A stretch of DNA of 64,000 nt from an uncultured Verrucomicrobia subdivision 3 bacterium. GTDB taxonomy: Bacteria; Verrucomicrobiota; Verrucomicrobiia; Limisphaerales; UBA11358. Numbering within the stretch: the first letter of the stretch is position 1; the number at the start of each line of letters is the position of its first letter. Shown one piece after another: positions 1 to 8,294 of the stretch. Location of the stretch: positions 4,601-68,600 of the forward strand of contig CAIQKM010000005.1 in assembly GCA_903872345.1 (NCBI GenBank), given 5' to 3'. Both the position numbers and the translations under genes were made by a program. The notes below the pieces were generated by a model, which ran no database searches, was not told where the DNA came from, and saw only the letters and a list, made by a program, of their open reading frames with translations.

Positions 1-1
1 T

Positions 2-301
2 TCGTTGGCAGAGCAAAGCAAGGCAAAGTATTATTGGCCATTTGATACAAATATTGCATTTGCAAAAGCCCGGCTCGCGCTGATAGCAGAGCATCAGGGT
101 CAGAAACAAGAAGCTGAGCGATTATTTGCAAGTGCTTCGGATTATCTGATGCGCGGTGAAAAGGCCATTCGTTTAGACATGGATAGAGAGGGAAACACAA
201 ATAATGTCCCCAACCAAAAAGCGGTGACACCTGCTGAATGGCGGATGGCCATCAAAAAGCTGGATGCCAACCACCACGTTAAGTGGTATTCACCAAACTA
301 A
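2..301 (+). CDS. 3' end of a gene entering from upstream of the window; hypothetical protein with helical, TPR-like tail
   Basis: ORF is open to the window edge (the track starts it at a TTG at 5). Region is visibly AT-richer than the bulk of the window. No catalytic motif recognised. Confidence 0.3.
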   Translation, partial: SLAEQSKAKYYWPFDTNIAFAKARLALIAEHQGQKQEAERLFASASDYLMRGEKAIRLDMDREGNTNNVPNQKAVTPAEWRMAIKKLDANHHVKWYSPN

Positions 302-380
302 TAGCTGGATCCCCTATGAGGGTTGCTAACTGGTAGCTTGCTATTTTACCAAAATCACCACCCCATCACCCTTGCCGCCC

Positions 381-417
381 AATTCGTGCCGCCTTCGTGA
401 AATTCGTGTCTCGCCCC
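381..417. repeat. Interspersed repeat family 'TTCGTG' (copy 1)
   Basis: aattcgtgccgccttcgtgaaattcgtgtctcgcccc differs from the copy at 10641-10677 at only 4 positions. Confidence 0.7.
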
Positions 418-506
418 GCCTTCCCTCTTTGCGAACCTCCTCCCCCTCCGCGACTCCGCGTTAATCCCCTTTTTACGGCCCGTCAGACGTTTCTCTCGCC
501 CCGAAA

Positions 507-3098
507 ATGTCGCCAAATCGTAACCAGACTTTGCATTTGGCCACTTCAAACGATACGCTATGCCTAATAATGGATCGGGCCGTGGCTGACCGTAAATCTA
601 AACCTCTCGCCAGTCTGCTGGAAAACTATCAGCGGAGTCCGACGGCTTTTGACGAGGTCCTGAGCGCCAACGGTGAACCCCGGTCCCAGTACGCCCGTTT
701 ATTGCCCGCCCTGCAGGAGTTGGGCCGTACCGAATGGCAGCGACGCCGCGACGCCTGCGAACGACTCGTTCACGAGCAAGGCATTACGTACAACGTTTAT
801 AACGATCCGCGCGGCACCGAACGGCTCTGGCAACTGGACCCCGTGCCGCTGGTCATCTCGCCCGCCGAATGGAGCAAGCTGGAGGCGGGACTGATCCAGC
901 GCGCCACCCTGCTCAACCATATTCTCACCGATTGTTACGGGGCGCAGGACTTGATCCGTTCCGGCTGGCTGTCCCCGGCGCTGGTGTTTGCGCAGCCGGA
1001 CTTTCTGCGGCCGTGCCACGGCATCCGCGCGCCCGGCAATTCGCATCTGAATTTCTACGCGGCCGATCTGGCCCGCTCCCCGGACGGACGCTGGTGGGTG
1101 ACCTCGGATCGCACCCAGATCCCCACCGGCATGGGCTATGCCCTGGCCAACCGGCTGGTGACCTCCCGCATTCTGCCCGAACTGTTTCAGGAGCATCATG
1201 TGCACCGGCTCGCAGGATTTTTTCGCAGCGTGCAGACCACGCTCACCCGGCTGTCGCCGCGCGGCACCGAAAACGCGCGGGTAGTGCTGCTGACGCCCGG
1301 GCCGCTGAACGAAACCTATTTCGAGCAGGCCTATCTCGCCCGTTACCTCGGCTACACGCTGGTGGAAGGTCAGGACCTCATGGTGCGGGACGAACGTGTA
1401 TTTCTCAAAACCCTCTCCGGCCTCGAACCGGTGGATGTGATTCTGCGCCGCGTGGATGATGATTTCTGCGACCCGCTGGAATTGCGCAACGATTCCATCC
1501 TCGGCGTGCCGGGATTGGTGGAAGCCCTGCGCGCGGGCAACGTGGTGGTGGCCAACGCCCTCGGCAGCGGGCTGGTGCAAAGCCCGGCCTTCATGCCGTT
1601 TCTGCCCGGCCTGTGCCGGCATATTCTCGGCGTGCCCCTCCAACTGCCGTCCGTGGCCACCTGGTGGTGCGGACAACAGGACGCGCGCGAGCACGTCCTG
1701 AAACATCTCGACCGGCTGGTGGTGAAACCGGCGTTTCGCACGCAGGTGCGTCCGCCCACCAAAGCGGACGAACTGAAGCGGCAAATTGAATTTGATCCCG
1801 ACCTGTTCGTGGCGCAGGAGGATGTGGATCTTTCCACGGCGGGCGTGTGGGACAAGCATGGCCTGGCCGCGCGACCGGTCAGCTTGCGCGTGTTTTTGGT
1901 GGCGCATGAAGGCAGCTATCGCGTGCTGCCGGGCGGACTGACGCGCGTCTCGCCGGACGCGGGCGGCCAGTTCATTTCCATGCAGACCGGCGGCAGCAGC
2001 AAAGACACCTGGGTGGTCTCCGATACGCCGGTGGAGGAAGTTTCCCTGCTGCATGAATCCGCCATGCGCGTGGAATTGCGTCGCACCGGCAACAACCTGC
2101 CGTCGCGGCTCGCGGATATTTTCTTCTGGCTCGGGCGTTATGCGGAACGCGCGGATGCCACGGCGCGGATTTTGCGCAGCGCCCTGCTGCGGTTCAATCC
2201 CGAACGCAACAGCAGCGCCCAGCCGGCCCTGCGTCCGTTGTTGAAAACCCTGGTGGCGCAGGGTCAGCTTCCCGACATGGAAGCCAAGCCGGAGCTCTAC
2301 CAGAATACGGAAGCCTTTGAAGCCGAGCTGCTGGCCGCCATTTTCGATCCCGATCATCCCGGCAGCCTGCGCCAGACCACCGAGCAGTTGCAACGGCTTG
2401 CCGCCGTGGTGCGCGACCGGACCTCGCACGACATGTGGCTGGTCCTGAGCGAACTGCACGACCGGTTCGCCCGCCCCGCCAGCAGCCTCGTGATGCTCGC
2501 CGGCGATGCCGTGAACGTGCTCACGCACACGCTGCTCAGCCTCGCGGCCTTCCACGGACTCGCCCGTGAAAACATGACCCGCGCGCAGGCGTGGCGTTTC
2601 ATTGACATGGGCCTGCGGCTGGAACGCACCCTGTATCTGGCCACGCTGCTGGACTCCACGCTAAAACTGCCCGATGCGGAAAATCCCAGCCTGCTCGAAG
2701 CCGTGCTGGAAGTGGCGGACAGCTCCATCACCTTCCGCTCGCGCTACAATCTGCTCGCCACCGTGCCGGCGGTGTTTGACCTGCTGATGCTGGATGACAA
2801 AAATCCGCGCTCGGTTTTGTTTCAGCTCAAGCAGCTCGTAAAACATTTTGAAAAGCTGCCCGTGGACCGGAACAACTCCGCCGGCCCGGGCAAGGTGCTG
2901 CTGCAAAAATGTCTGCAACGGCTGGAACGGATTGACGCGCGCGAACTCGCCGGTTCGCCGGCGTTGTGGGCCTCCAGCGACGCCGCCACCGTTATCCGGG
3001 AAACCCTGCAGGATTTACCGCAGATCTCCAACATCATTGCCGCGAATTATTTCGCGCATTCCACCCTCTCGCGCACCGGCCGGGAAAGCGAAACATGA
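507..3098 (+). CDS. Fusion of a circularly permuted type-2 ATP-grasp domain and an alpha-E domain
   Basis: 863-aa ORF. The N-terminal ~480 aa resemble COG2308-type circularly permuted ATP-grasp proteins. The C-terminal ~300 aa carry the alpha-E hallmark (IFFWLGRYAERAD ... ITFRSRYN). An alternative start Met lies at 570. The stop overlaps the next start (ATGA at 3095-3098). Confidence 0.8.
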   Translation: MSPNRNQTLHLATSNDTLCLIMDRAVADRKSKPLASLLENYQRSPTAFDEVLSANGEPRSQYARLLPALQELGRTEWQRRRDACERLVHEQGITYNVYNDPRGTERLWQLDPVPLVISPAEWSKLEAGLIQRATLLNHILTDCYGAQDLIRSGWLSPALVFAQPDFLRPCHGIRAPGNSHLNFYAADLARSPDGRWWVTSDRTQIPTGMGYALANRLVTSRILPELFQEHHVHRLAGFFRSVQTTLTRLSPRGTENARVVLLTPGPLNETYFEQAYLARYLGYTLVEGQDLMVRDERVFLKTLSGLEPVDVILRRVDDDFCDPLELRNDSILGVPGLVEALRAGNVVVANALGSGLVQSPAFMPFLPGLCRHILGVPLQLPSVATWWCGQQDAREHVLKHLDRLVVKPAFRTQVRPPTKADELKRQIEFDPDLFVAQEDVDLSTAGVWDKHGLAARPVSLRVFLVAHEGSYRVLPGGLTRVSPDAGGQFISMQTGGSSKDTWVVSDTPVEEVSLLHESAMRVELRRTGNNLPSRLADIFFWLGRYAERADATARILRSALLRFNPERNSSAQPALRPLLKTLVAQGQLPDMEAKPELYQNTEAFEAELLAAIFDPDHPGSLRQTTEQLQRLAAVVRDRTSHDMWLVLSELHDRFARPASSLVMLAGDAVNVLTHTLLSLAAFHGLARENMTRAQAWRFIDMGLRLERTLYLATLLDSTLKLPDAENPSLLEAVLEVADSSITFRSRYNLLATVPAVFDLLMLDDKNPRSVLFQLKQLVKHFEKLPVDRNNSAGPGKVLLQKCLQRLERIDARELAGSPALWASSDAATVIRETLQDLPQISNIIAANYFAHSTLSRTGRESET

Positions 3099-3967
3099 AC
3101 TACGCGATCACGCATCGCACGCTGTACGAATACGCCGCGCCGGTAAGCGTGTCGCACCATGTCGCGCGCCTCGAACCCCGCGCCACGCCCGGCCAGGCCT
3201 GCGAAGACTTCACCCTGGACATCCTGCCCAAACCCGCCCGCCGGCGGACCCGGGCGGACTATTTTGGCAACCGGCTGTGCCTATTTACCATCCAGGAAAT
3301 TCATGACGAACTGGAAGTGATCACCAAAAGCCGGGTGAGCGTGAATGCTCCCGCGCCGGCCTCGCTGGATAACTCCCTGCCGTGGGAGGAAGCCGCCCGG
3401 CTGTTCCGCGATCCGGTCTCGCCGGAGGTCGTCACGCCGTACGAATTTGTCTTTGATTCTCCGCAGTTGCGCGCCTCGCGGGAACTGGCGGATTATGCGA
3501 TGGAAAGTTTCCGCCCCGGCACGCCGCTGTTGGCCGGCGCCGCCGATCTGACGCGCCGAATTTTTGAGGATTTCAAATACGATCCCAAAGCCACCACCGT
3601 GGCCACGCCGCTGGAAGAAGTCTGGAAAAAACGACGCGGCGTCTGCCAGGATTTCGCCCATTTCGCCATTGCCTGCACCCGTTCATTGGGGTTGCCCGCC
3701 CGCTACGTCAGCGGCTATTTGCGCACCTATTCGCCGCCCGGCAAACCGCGTTTGATCGGGGCGGATGCCAGCCACGCCTGGTTCTCCATCTTTTCCCCGC
3801 AGGTCGGCTGGGTGGATTTTGACCCGACGAATAACGTCCAGCCCGCCGAGGAACACATCACCGTGGCGTATGGCCGTGATTATGGCGATGTCAGCCCCGT
3901 GGCCGGCATTCTGACCGGCGGCGGCAGCCACGTGGTGAAGGTGTCCGTGGATGTCCAGCCGCTCTGA
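3095..3967 (+). CDS. Transglutaminase-like family protein (bacterial transglutaminase N-terminal region plus Cys-His-Asp core)
   Basis: MNYAITHRTLYEY N-terminus typical of the family. Core motifs are GVCQDFAH (Cys), DASHAW (His) and VDFDPTN (Asp). I placed the start at the ATG that overlaps the upstream stop rather than the track's 2966. Confidence 0.85.
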   Translation: MNYAITHRTLYEYAAPVSVSHHVARLEPRATPGQACEDFTLDILPKPARRRTRADYFGNRLCLFTIQEIHDELEVITKSRVSVNAPAPASLDNSLPWEEAARLFRDPVSPEVVTPYEFVFDSPQLRASRELADYAMESFRPGTPLLAGAADLTRRIFEDFKYDPKATTVATPLEEVWKKRRGVCQDFAHFAIACTRSLGLPARYVSGYLRTYSPPGKPRLIGADASHAWFSIFSPQVGWVDFDPTNNVQPAEEHITVAYGRDYGDVSPVAGILTGGGSHVVKVSVDVQPL

Positions 3968-4002
3968 CGGCCCCTTGGGCACGTTAGCAGCCGGCGTGAA
4001 GG

Positions 4003-4455
4003 TCAAACATCAATCACCGAGCCCGGCCCGCCGCCCTTGTCGTCGGGCGGAGGCGTGGGACGCTGGCGGCGAACCGTCACCTTGCCGCCGCCGCCGGTCA
4101 GCAGGTTCAGGGTCACCGAAACCACGCTGATGATCACCGCGCCCAGAAAGGCATAGCCAAAGCTGCTCACCTGAAAATGCGGCCGCAGCAGGTAGCTGAC
4201 GAAGTACAGCAGCAGGGCGTTGATCACCAGCGTGAACAGGCCCAGCGTAAAAATCAGCAGCGGCAGGGCGAGCAGCAGCAGGATGGGCCGGACAAAGGCG
4301 TTCAGCAGCCCCAGCAGAAACGAGGCAAACAGGAGATCGGTGAATTTGTCGTATTGGATATGGCCGCGCAGGATCTCCACCGCCAGCGCCACCGCCAGTG
4401 TGTTGATCGCCCAGCTTTGCAAAAAGCGCAGCCACTTTTTCGTGTCAGGACTCAT
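4003..4455 (-). CDS. Phage holin family protein (superfamily IV / DUF360, YvlD-like) small membrane protein
   Basis: 150 aa with four hydrophobic helices. Pattern NAFVRPILLLLALPLLIFTLGLFTLVINALLL is typical of the family. Gly/Pro-rich tail. Confidence 0.75.
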   Translation of the reverse strand: MSPDTKKWLRFLQSWAINTLAVALAVEILRGHIQYDKFTDLLFASFLLGLLNAFVRPILLLLALPLLIFTLGLFTLVINALLLYFVSYLLRPHFQVSSFGYAFLGAVIISVVSVTLNLLTGGGGKVTVRRQRPTPPPDDKGGGPGSVIDV

Positions 4456-4552
4456 CTTAAACCATAACGAAGATGCGTTACGGACGGGTTAAAAACAAGA
4501 AACGAATTTTGATTGGCTTCCCGCCCGTTTCGCGCCAGAGTGGGCGCACCGT

Positions 4553-5440
4553 ATGAAAATATCATCCGTCGCCGTCTTGTTTGCGACCGTCACCGCCGTC
4601 ACCGCCGGACCGGTCACCGCCCCGGATGCCCAGTTGCAGAAATTATCCGGCGGCTTCGCCTTCACCGAAGGCCCCACCTGCGACGCGGCGGGCAATGTGT
4701 TTTTCGTGGATCAGCCGAACAACCGCATCATGGAGTGGAGCACGGAGGGAAAGCTTTCCACCTTCCTCCAGCCTTCCGGCCATGCCAACGGCATGATGTT
4801 CGACGCCCGGGGCAATCTCATCGCCTGTGCGGATGAGCGGAACGAGTTGTGGTCCATCACTCCCGACAAAAAGAGCACCGTATTGGTGAAGGATTATCAG
4901 GGCAAATATCTGAACGGTCCGAACGATGTCTGGGTGGCCCCCAACGGGGCGATGTTCCTGAGCGACCCCTTTTACGACCGCCCCTGGTGGGATCACCACA
5001 CCAAGGCCCTGCCGTCCGAGGAGGTTTTTTACCTCTCACCCGACCGCAAGACCCTGCGCCAGGTGACGGATGATTTGAAAAAGCCGAATGGCATCACCGG
5101 CACGCCGGACGGCAAAAACCTTTATGTCGCGGACATCGCCGCGCGCCAGACCTGGCGCTATGACATTTTGCCCGACGGTTCGCTCACGAACAAAACCTTC
5201 TTCTGCGCGCCCGGCTCCGATGGCATGACCATTGACGAACAGGGAAATATTTACATCACCGGCAATGGCGTGAGCGTTTTCAATCCGGCGGGAAAACTGA
5301 TCGAGCACATTGACGTGCAAGAGCCGTGGACGGCCAACGTTTCCTTCGGCGGTACCGATCATAAAACCCTCTTCATCACCGCGAGCAAATCATTTTACTC
5401 CATCCGCATGGCGGTAAAGGGCGGCAATCCGGCGAAGTGA
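4553..5440 (+). CDS. SMP-30/gluconolactonase/LRE family beta-propeller protein, secreted
   Basis: Signal peptide, then FTEGPTCDAAGNVFFVD, NGPNDV and GSDGMTIDEQGNIY repeats typical of gluconolactonase-like six-bladed propellers. Confidence 0.85.
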   Translation: MKISSVAVLFATVTAVTAGPVTAPDAQLQKLSGGFAFTEGPTCDAAGNVFFVDQPNNRIMEWSTEGKLSTFLQPSGHANGMMFDARGNLIACADERNELWSITPDKKSTVLVKDYQGKYLNGPNDVWVAPNGAMFLSDPFYDRPWWDHHTKALPSEEVFYLSPDRKTLRQVTDDLKKPNGITGTPDGKNLYVADIAARQTWRYDILPDGSLTNKTFFCAPGSDGMTIDEQGNIYITGNGVSVFNPAGKLIEHIDVQEPWTANVSFGGTDHKTLFITASKSFYSIRMAVKGGNPAK

Positions 5441-5449
5441 TATAAATGG

Positions 5450-5510
5450 GTAGCAGCCGACGTGAGGAGGCTCAAAACTGTTTTAGTGTGCGAACTCGCT
5501 CGTAGCCTAC
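5450..5510. repeat. REP-like hairpin, third copy with strongly degenerate right arm
   Basis: The left arm at 5450-5473 is identical to the 18891 copy. The right arm is only partly recognisable. Located between convergent genes. Confidence 0.45.
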
Positions 5511-5971
5511 GTATTCCCCGGCTTGGAGATTTCCGCAGCCTCTGCCTTGGTCCGCCTCAAATTCCGGAAAAAGAAAAACAAATACAGGGGTACCGCAATC
5601 GTGTATTGCAAAAGCGCGTAAAGCACGTACCCGATGATGATCATTGGCGAGGGCTTGACCCGCCCGCTGGAGCCATTTCGCAATACTTCGCCGATCGAAA
5701 AAATATGCACGTAAGGCATCCAATTGTTGTAGGGTCCCACTGCCGCGCCACAGTGCGGGCAAAACCACCCGTCCGGCGGTTGTTCGGTAGAGCAATGAGT
5801 GCAAGTTTGCACGATTTCTGGATCGGCAACCTTTTCCGCAATTTCCTTGTCCCACGGATCCGGCCGCACCGGGGCGTCCCGCACCCAGACAACCAGTCGC
5901 CAGAACATGACCATCACCAAACCGAAGATGGCCAGTCCGCCGATGACGCCATTGGGATCACTGGGGAGCAT
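5507..5971 (-). CDS. Hypothetical membrane protein with CxxC...CxxC zinc-ribbon
   Basis: 154 aa. N-terminal TM helix, CTHCSTEQPPDGWFCPHCG zinc ribbon, two C-terminal TM helices. No family name recognised. Confidence 0.5.
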   Translation of the reverse strand: MLPSDPNGVIGGLAIFGLVMVMFWRLVVWVRDAPVRPDPWDKEIAEKVADPEIVQTCTHCSTEQPPDGWFCPHCGAAVGPYNNWMPYVHIFSIGEVLRNGSSGRVKPSPMIIIGYVLYALLQYTIAVPLYLFFFFRNLRRTKAEAAEISKPGNT

Positions 5972-6037
5972 AAACTCTCAAAGCAATGTCTCACGCCCGG
6001 CGCGTCTGTCAACTGGTGAATGGCGAACGGGCACTGT

Positions 6038-6143
6038 GGAGCGGGGGTCTGTGACCCGCAGCAATGTCCAACCGCCAAATCGTAAACGTTATGCCAAGGC
6101 ATTCGGTAGGCGAATGTTGCTGCGGGTCACAGACCCGCGCTCC
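6038..6143. repeat. Long inverted repeat (27-bp arms, one mismatch, 52-nt spacer) downstream of uvrB
   Basis: ggagcgggggtctgtgacccgcagcaa (6038-6064) pairs with ttgctgcgggtcacagacccgcgctcc (6117-6143). Confidence 0.75.
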
Positions 6144-6174
6144 GATCAAATTAAGCCTCGCCCGATTTCGCATT

Positions 6175-8208
6175 TTACTTGCGCCCGCCCCGCCGCCCGC
6201 CCTTGCGGTAACTGGCCGGCTTCAATGACTTCTCCGCCGGCCCACCCTCCACCATGCGCTTGAGTTCCTTGATCTGATCGCGCAGCAGGGCCGCTTTTTC
6301 AAACTGCAAATCCTCCGCCGCCTTCAGCATTTCCTCTTCCAGTTCCTTGATGGTTTCGGTGAAGTCCACGTCCATTTTGGCATCCTTCAGGACGCCGGCG
6401 GCCTCTTCGCGCGTGGATTCATACACCGCCAGGCTTTCCTCCACGGCACGACTCACGCTGCGCGGCGTGATGTTGTGCTCCAGATTGTAGGCGATCTGCC
6501 GTTTGCGCCGGTATTCGCTCACCGCCAGGAATTTCTTGATGCTGTCCGTCATCACATCGGCATATAAAATCACCTCGCCGTTCAGATGCCGCGCCGCGCG
6601 CCCGGCGGTCTGGATGAGGCTTGTCTCGCTACGGAGAAACCCTTCCTTGTCCGCGTCCAGAATGGCCACCAGCGAAACCTCCGGCAGGTCGAGGCCTTCG
6701 CGCAAAAGGTTGATGCCCACCAGCACGTCAAATTCGCCTTTGCGCAGGGCGCGCAGGATTTCCACGCGCTCAATCGCATCAATCTCGCTGTGCAGATAAC
6801 GCACGTTCACGCCGATGTCGCGCAGGTAATCGGTCAGTTCCTCCGCCGTGCGCTTGGTGAGAGTGGTCACGAGCGTGCGCTCCTTTTTGTCGCTGCGCTT
6901 GCGGGCCTCCTCCATCAGATCGTCAATCTGTCCCTTCAACGGCTTGATGGTGATCTTGGGATCAATCAGCCCGGTCGGACGCACCACCAACTCCGCCACA
7001 TGGCCCTGCGACCACCCCAGTTCGCGCGGCGCGGGCGTGGCGCTGACATAAATGGTCTGGTTTTGCAGCGACTGAAATTCCAGAAAGTTCACCGGCCGGT
7101 TGTCCAGCGCGCTGGGCAGGCGGAAACCATGATCCACCAGCACCGTTTTGCGCGAGCGGTCGCCCTCGTACATCCCGCCAATCTGCGGCACGGTCACGTG
7201 CGATTCGTCCAGCACCAGCAGATAATCATTCGGGAAAAAATCAAACAGCGTCGTCGGCCGCGACCCCGGCGGACGGCTGGCGATGTGGCGCGAATAATTT
7301 TCAATCCCGGAACAGAACCCCATTTCCTCCATCATTTCCAGGTCATACTCCGTCCGCATCTTGATCCGCTGCGCCTCCAACAACCGGCCGTTGCGCTCGA
7401 ACCACCCGATGCGCTCGCCCAACTCCTCGCGGATGGAGAGGATGGCGCTCTTCATTTTATCGCCCGTGGTCACGAACTGTTTCGCCGGGAAAATCATGTT
7501 CGCCTGGAGCGCCTCCAGCTTGTTGCCCGTCAGCGTTTCAAAACGCGTCAGCCGTTCGATTTCATCGCCAAAAAATTCCACGCGCAGCCCGTCCTCGCGC
7601 CCGGCCGGCCAGACTTCCACCGTGTCGCCGCGCACCCGGAAATTGCCGCGCTCGAAGGCAATGTCATTGCGCGAGTATTGGAGATCCACCAGGCGGGAAA
7701 GAAACTGGTCGCGTGACAGCTCCTGACCCACGCGGACGGGGATGACCAGCGCCGCGTAATCCTCCTTGCTGCCGATGCCGTAAATGCACGACACACTGGC
7801 AATCACCACCACATCCTTCCGGCTGAAGAGCGAGGCCATGGTGGAGAGGCGCATGCGTTCGATGTCATCGTTGATGCTCGAATCCTTCTCGATGAACGTG
7901 TCTGTGCGCGGAATGTACGCCTCCGGCTGGTAGTAATCGAAATAGCTGACGAAATACTCCACCGCGTTGCGGGGGAAAAAGCTTTTAAACTCCGCATACA
8001 ACTGCGCGGCCAGCGTCTTGTTATGCGAAATGACCAGTGTCGGCTTGTTGACGTTCTTGATGACGTTGGCGATGGTAAACGTCTTGCCCGAGCCCGTCAC
8101 CCCGAGCAGGGTCTGGTGCTTCACGTCGGCCAGGATGCCTTTCGTGAGCTTTTCAATCGCCGCCGGCTGGTCGCCGGCGGGCTGGTAATCGGAAACGAGT
8201 TCGAACAC
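6175..8208 (-). CDS. uvrB: Excinuclease ABC subunit B
   Basis: 677 aa. [10 protein letters not shown] Walker A, helicase motifs, and the C-terminal UVR domain ([17 protein letters not shown]). Confidence 0.97.
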   Translation of the reverse strand: MFELVSDYQPAGDQPAAIEKLTKGILADVKHQTLLGVTGSGKTFTIANVIKNVNKPTLVISHNKTLAAQLYAEFKSFFPRNAVEYFVSYFDYYQPEAYIPRTDTFIEKDSSINDDIERMRLSTMASLFSRKDVVVIASVSCIYGIGSKEDYAALVIPVRVGQELSRDQFLSRLVDLQYSRNDIAFERGNFRVRGDTVEVWPAGREDGLRVEFFGDEIERLTRFETLTGNKLEALQANMIFPAKQFVTTGDKMKSAILSIREELGERIGWFERNGRLLEAQRIKMRTEYDLEMMEEMGFCSGIENYSRHIASRPPGSRPTTLFDFFPNDYLLVLDESHVTVPQIGGMYEGDRSRKTVLVDHGFRLPSALDNRPVNFLEFQSLQNQTIYVSATPAPRELGWSQGHVAELVVRPTGLIDPKITIKPLKGQIDDLMEEARKRSDKKERTLVTTLTKRTAEELTDYLRDIGVNVRYLHSEIDAIERVEILRALRKGEFDVLVGINLLREGLDLPEVSLVAILDADKEGFLRSETSLIQTAGRAARHLNGEVILYADVMTDSIKKFLAVSEYRRKRQIAYNLEHNITPRSVSRAVEESLAVYESTREEAAGVLKDAKMDVDFTETIKELEEEMLKAAEDLQFEKAALLRDQIKELKRMVEGGPAEKSLKPASYRKGGRRGGRK

Positions 8209-8294
8209 GGCAAGACATTAAAGCCGCCATCCCCGGTCGTCAAACGTGGCGTGACGCACCGGCCGATCAGGCTGGGCCGCGAGCGCCGAGTTCC

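Noticed and set aside
699-2555. 618-aa ORF on the minus strand, fully antisense to the ATP-grasp/alpha-E gene
   Set aside because: Arg/Gly/Ala/His/Gln-rich composition with no recognisable motifs. This is typical of spurious antisense reading frames in high-GC coding DNA. The sense-strand gene is strongly recognisable.
4003-4455. The holin-family gene as a marker of a prophage or lysis cassette
   Set aside because: No endolysin, spanin, terminase, capsid, integrase or att-like repeats are nearby. Members of this small membrane protein family are commonly chromosomal and stand alone.
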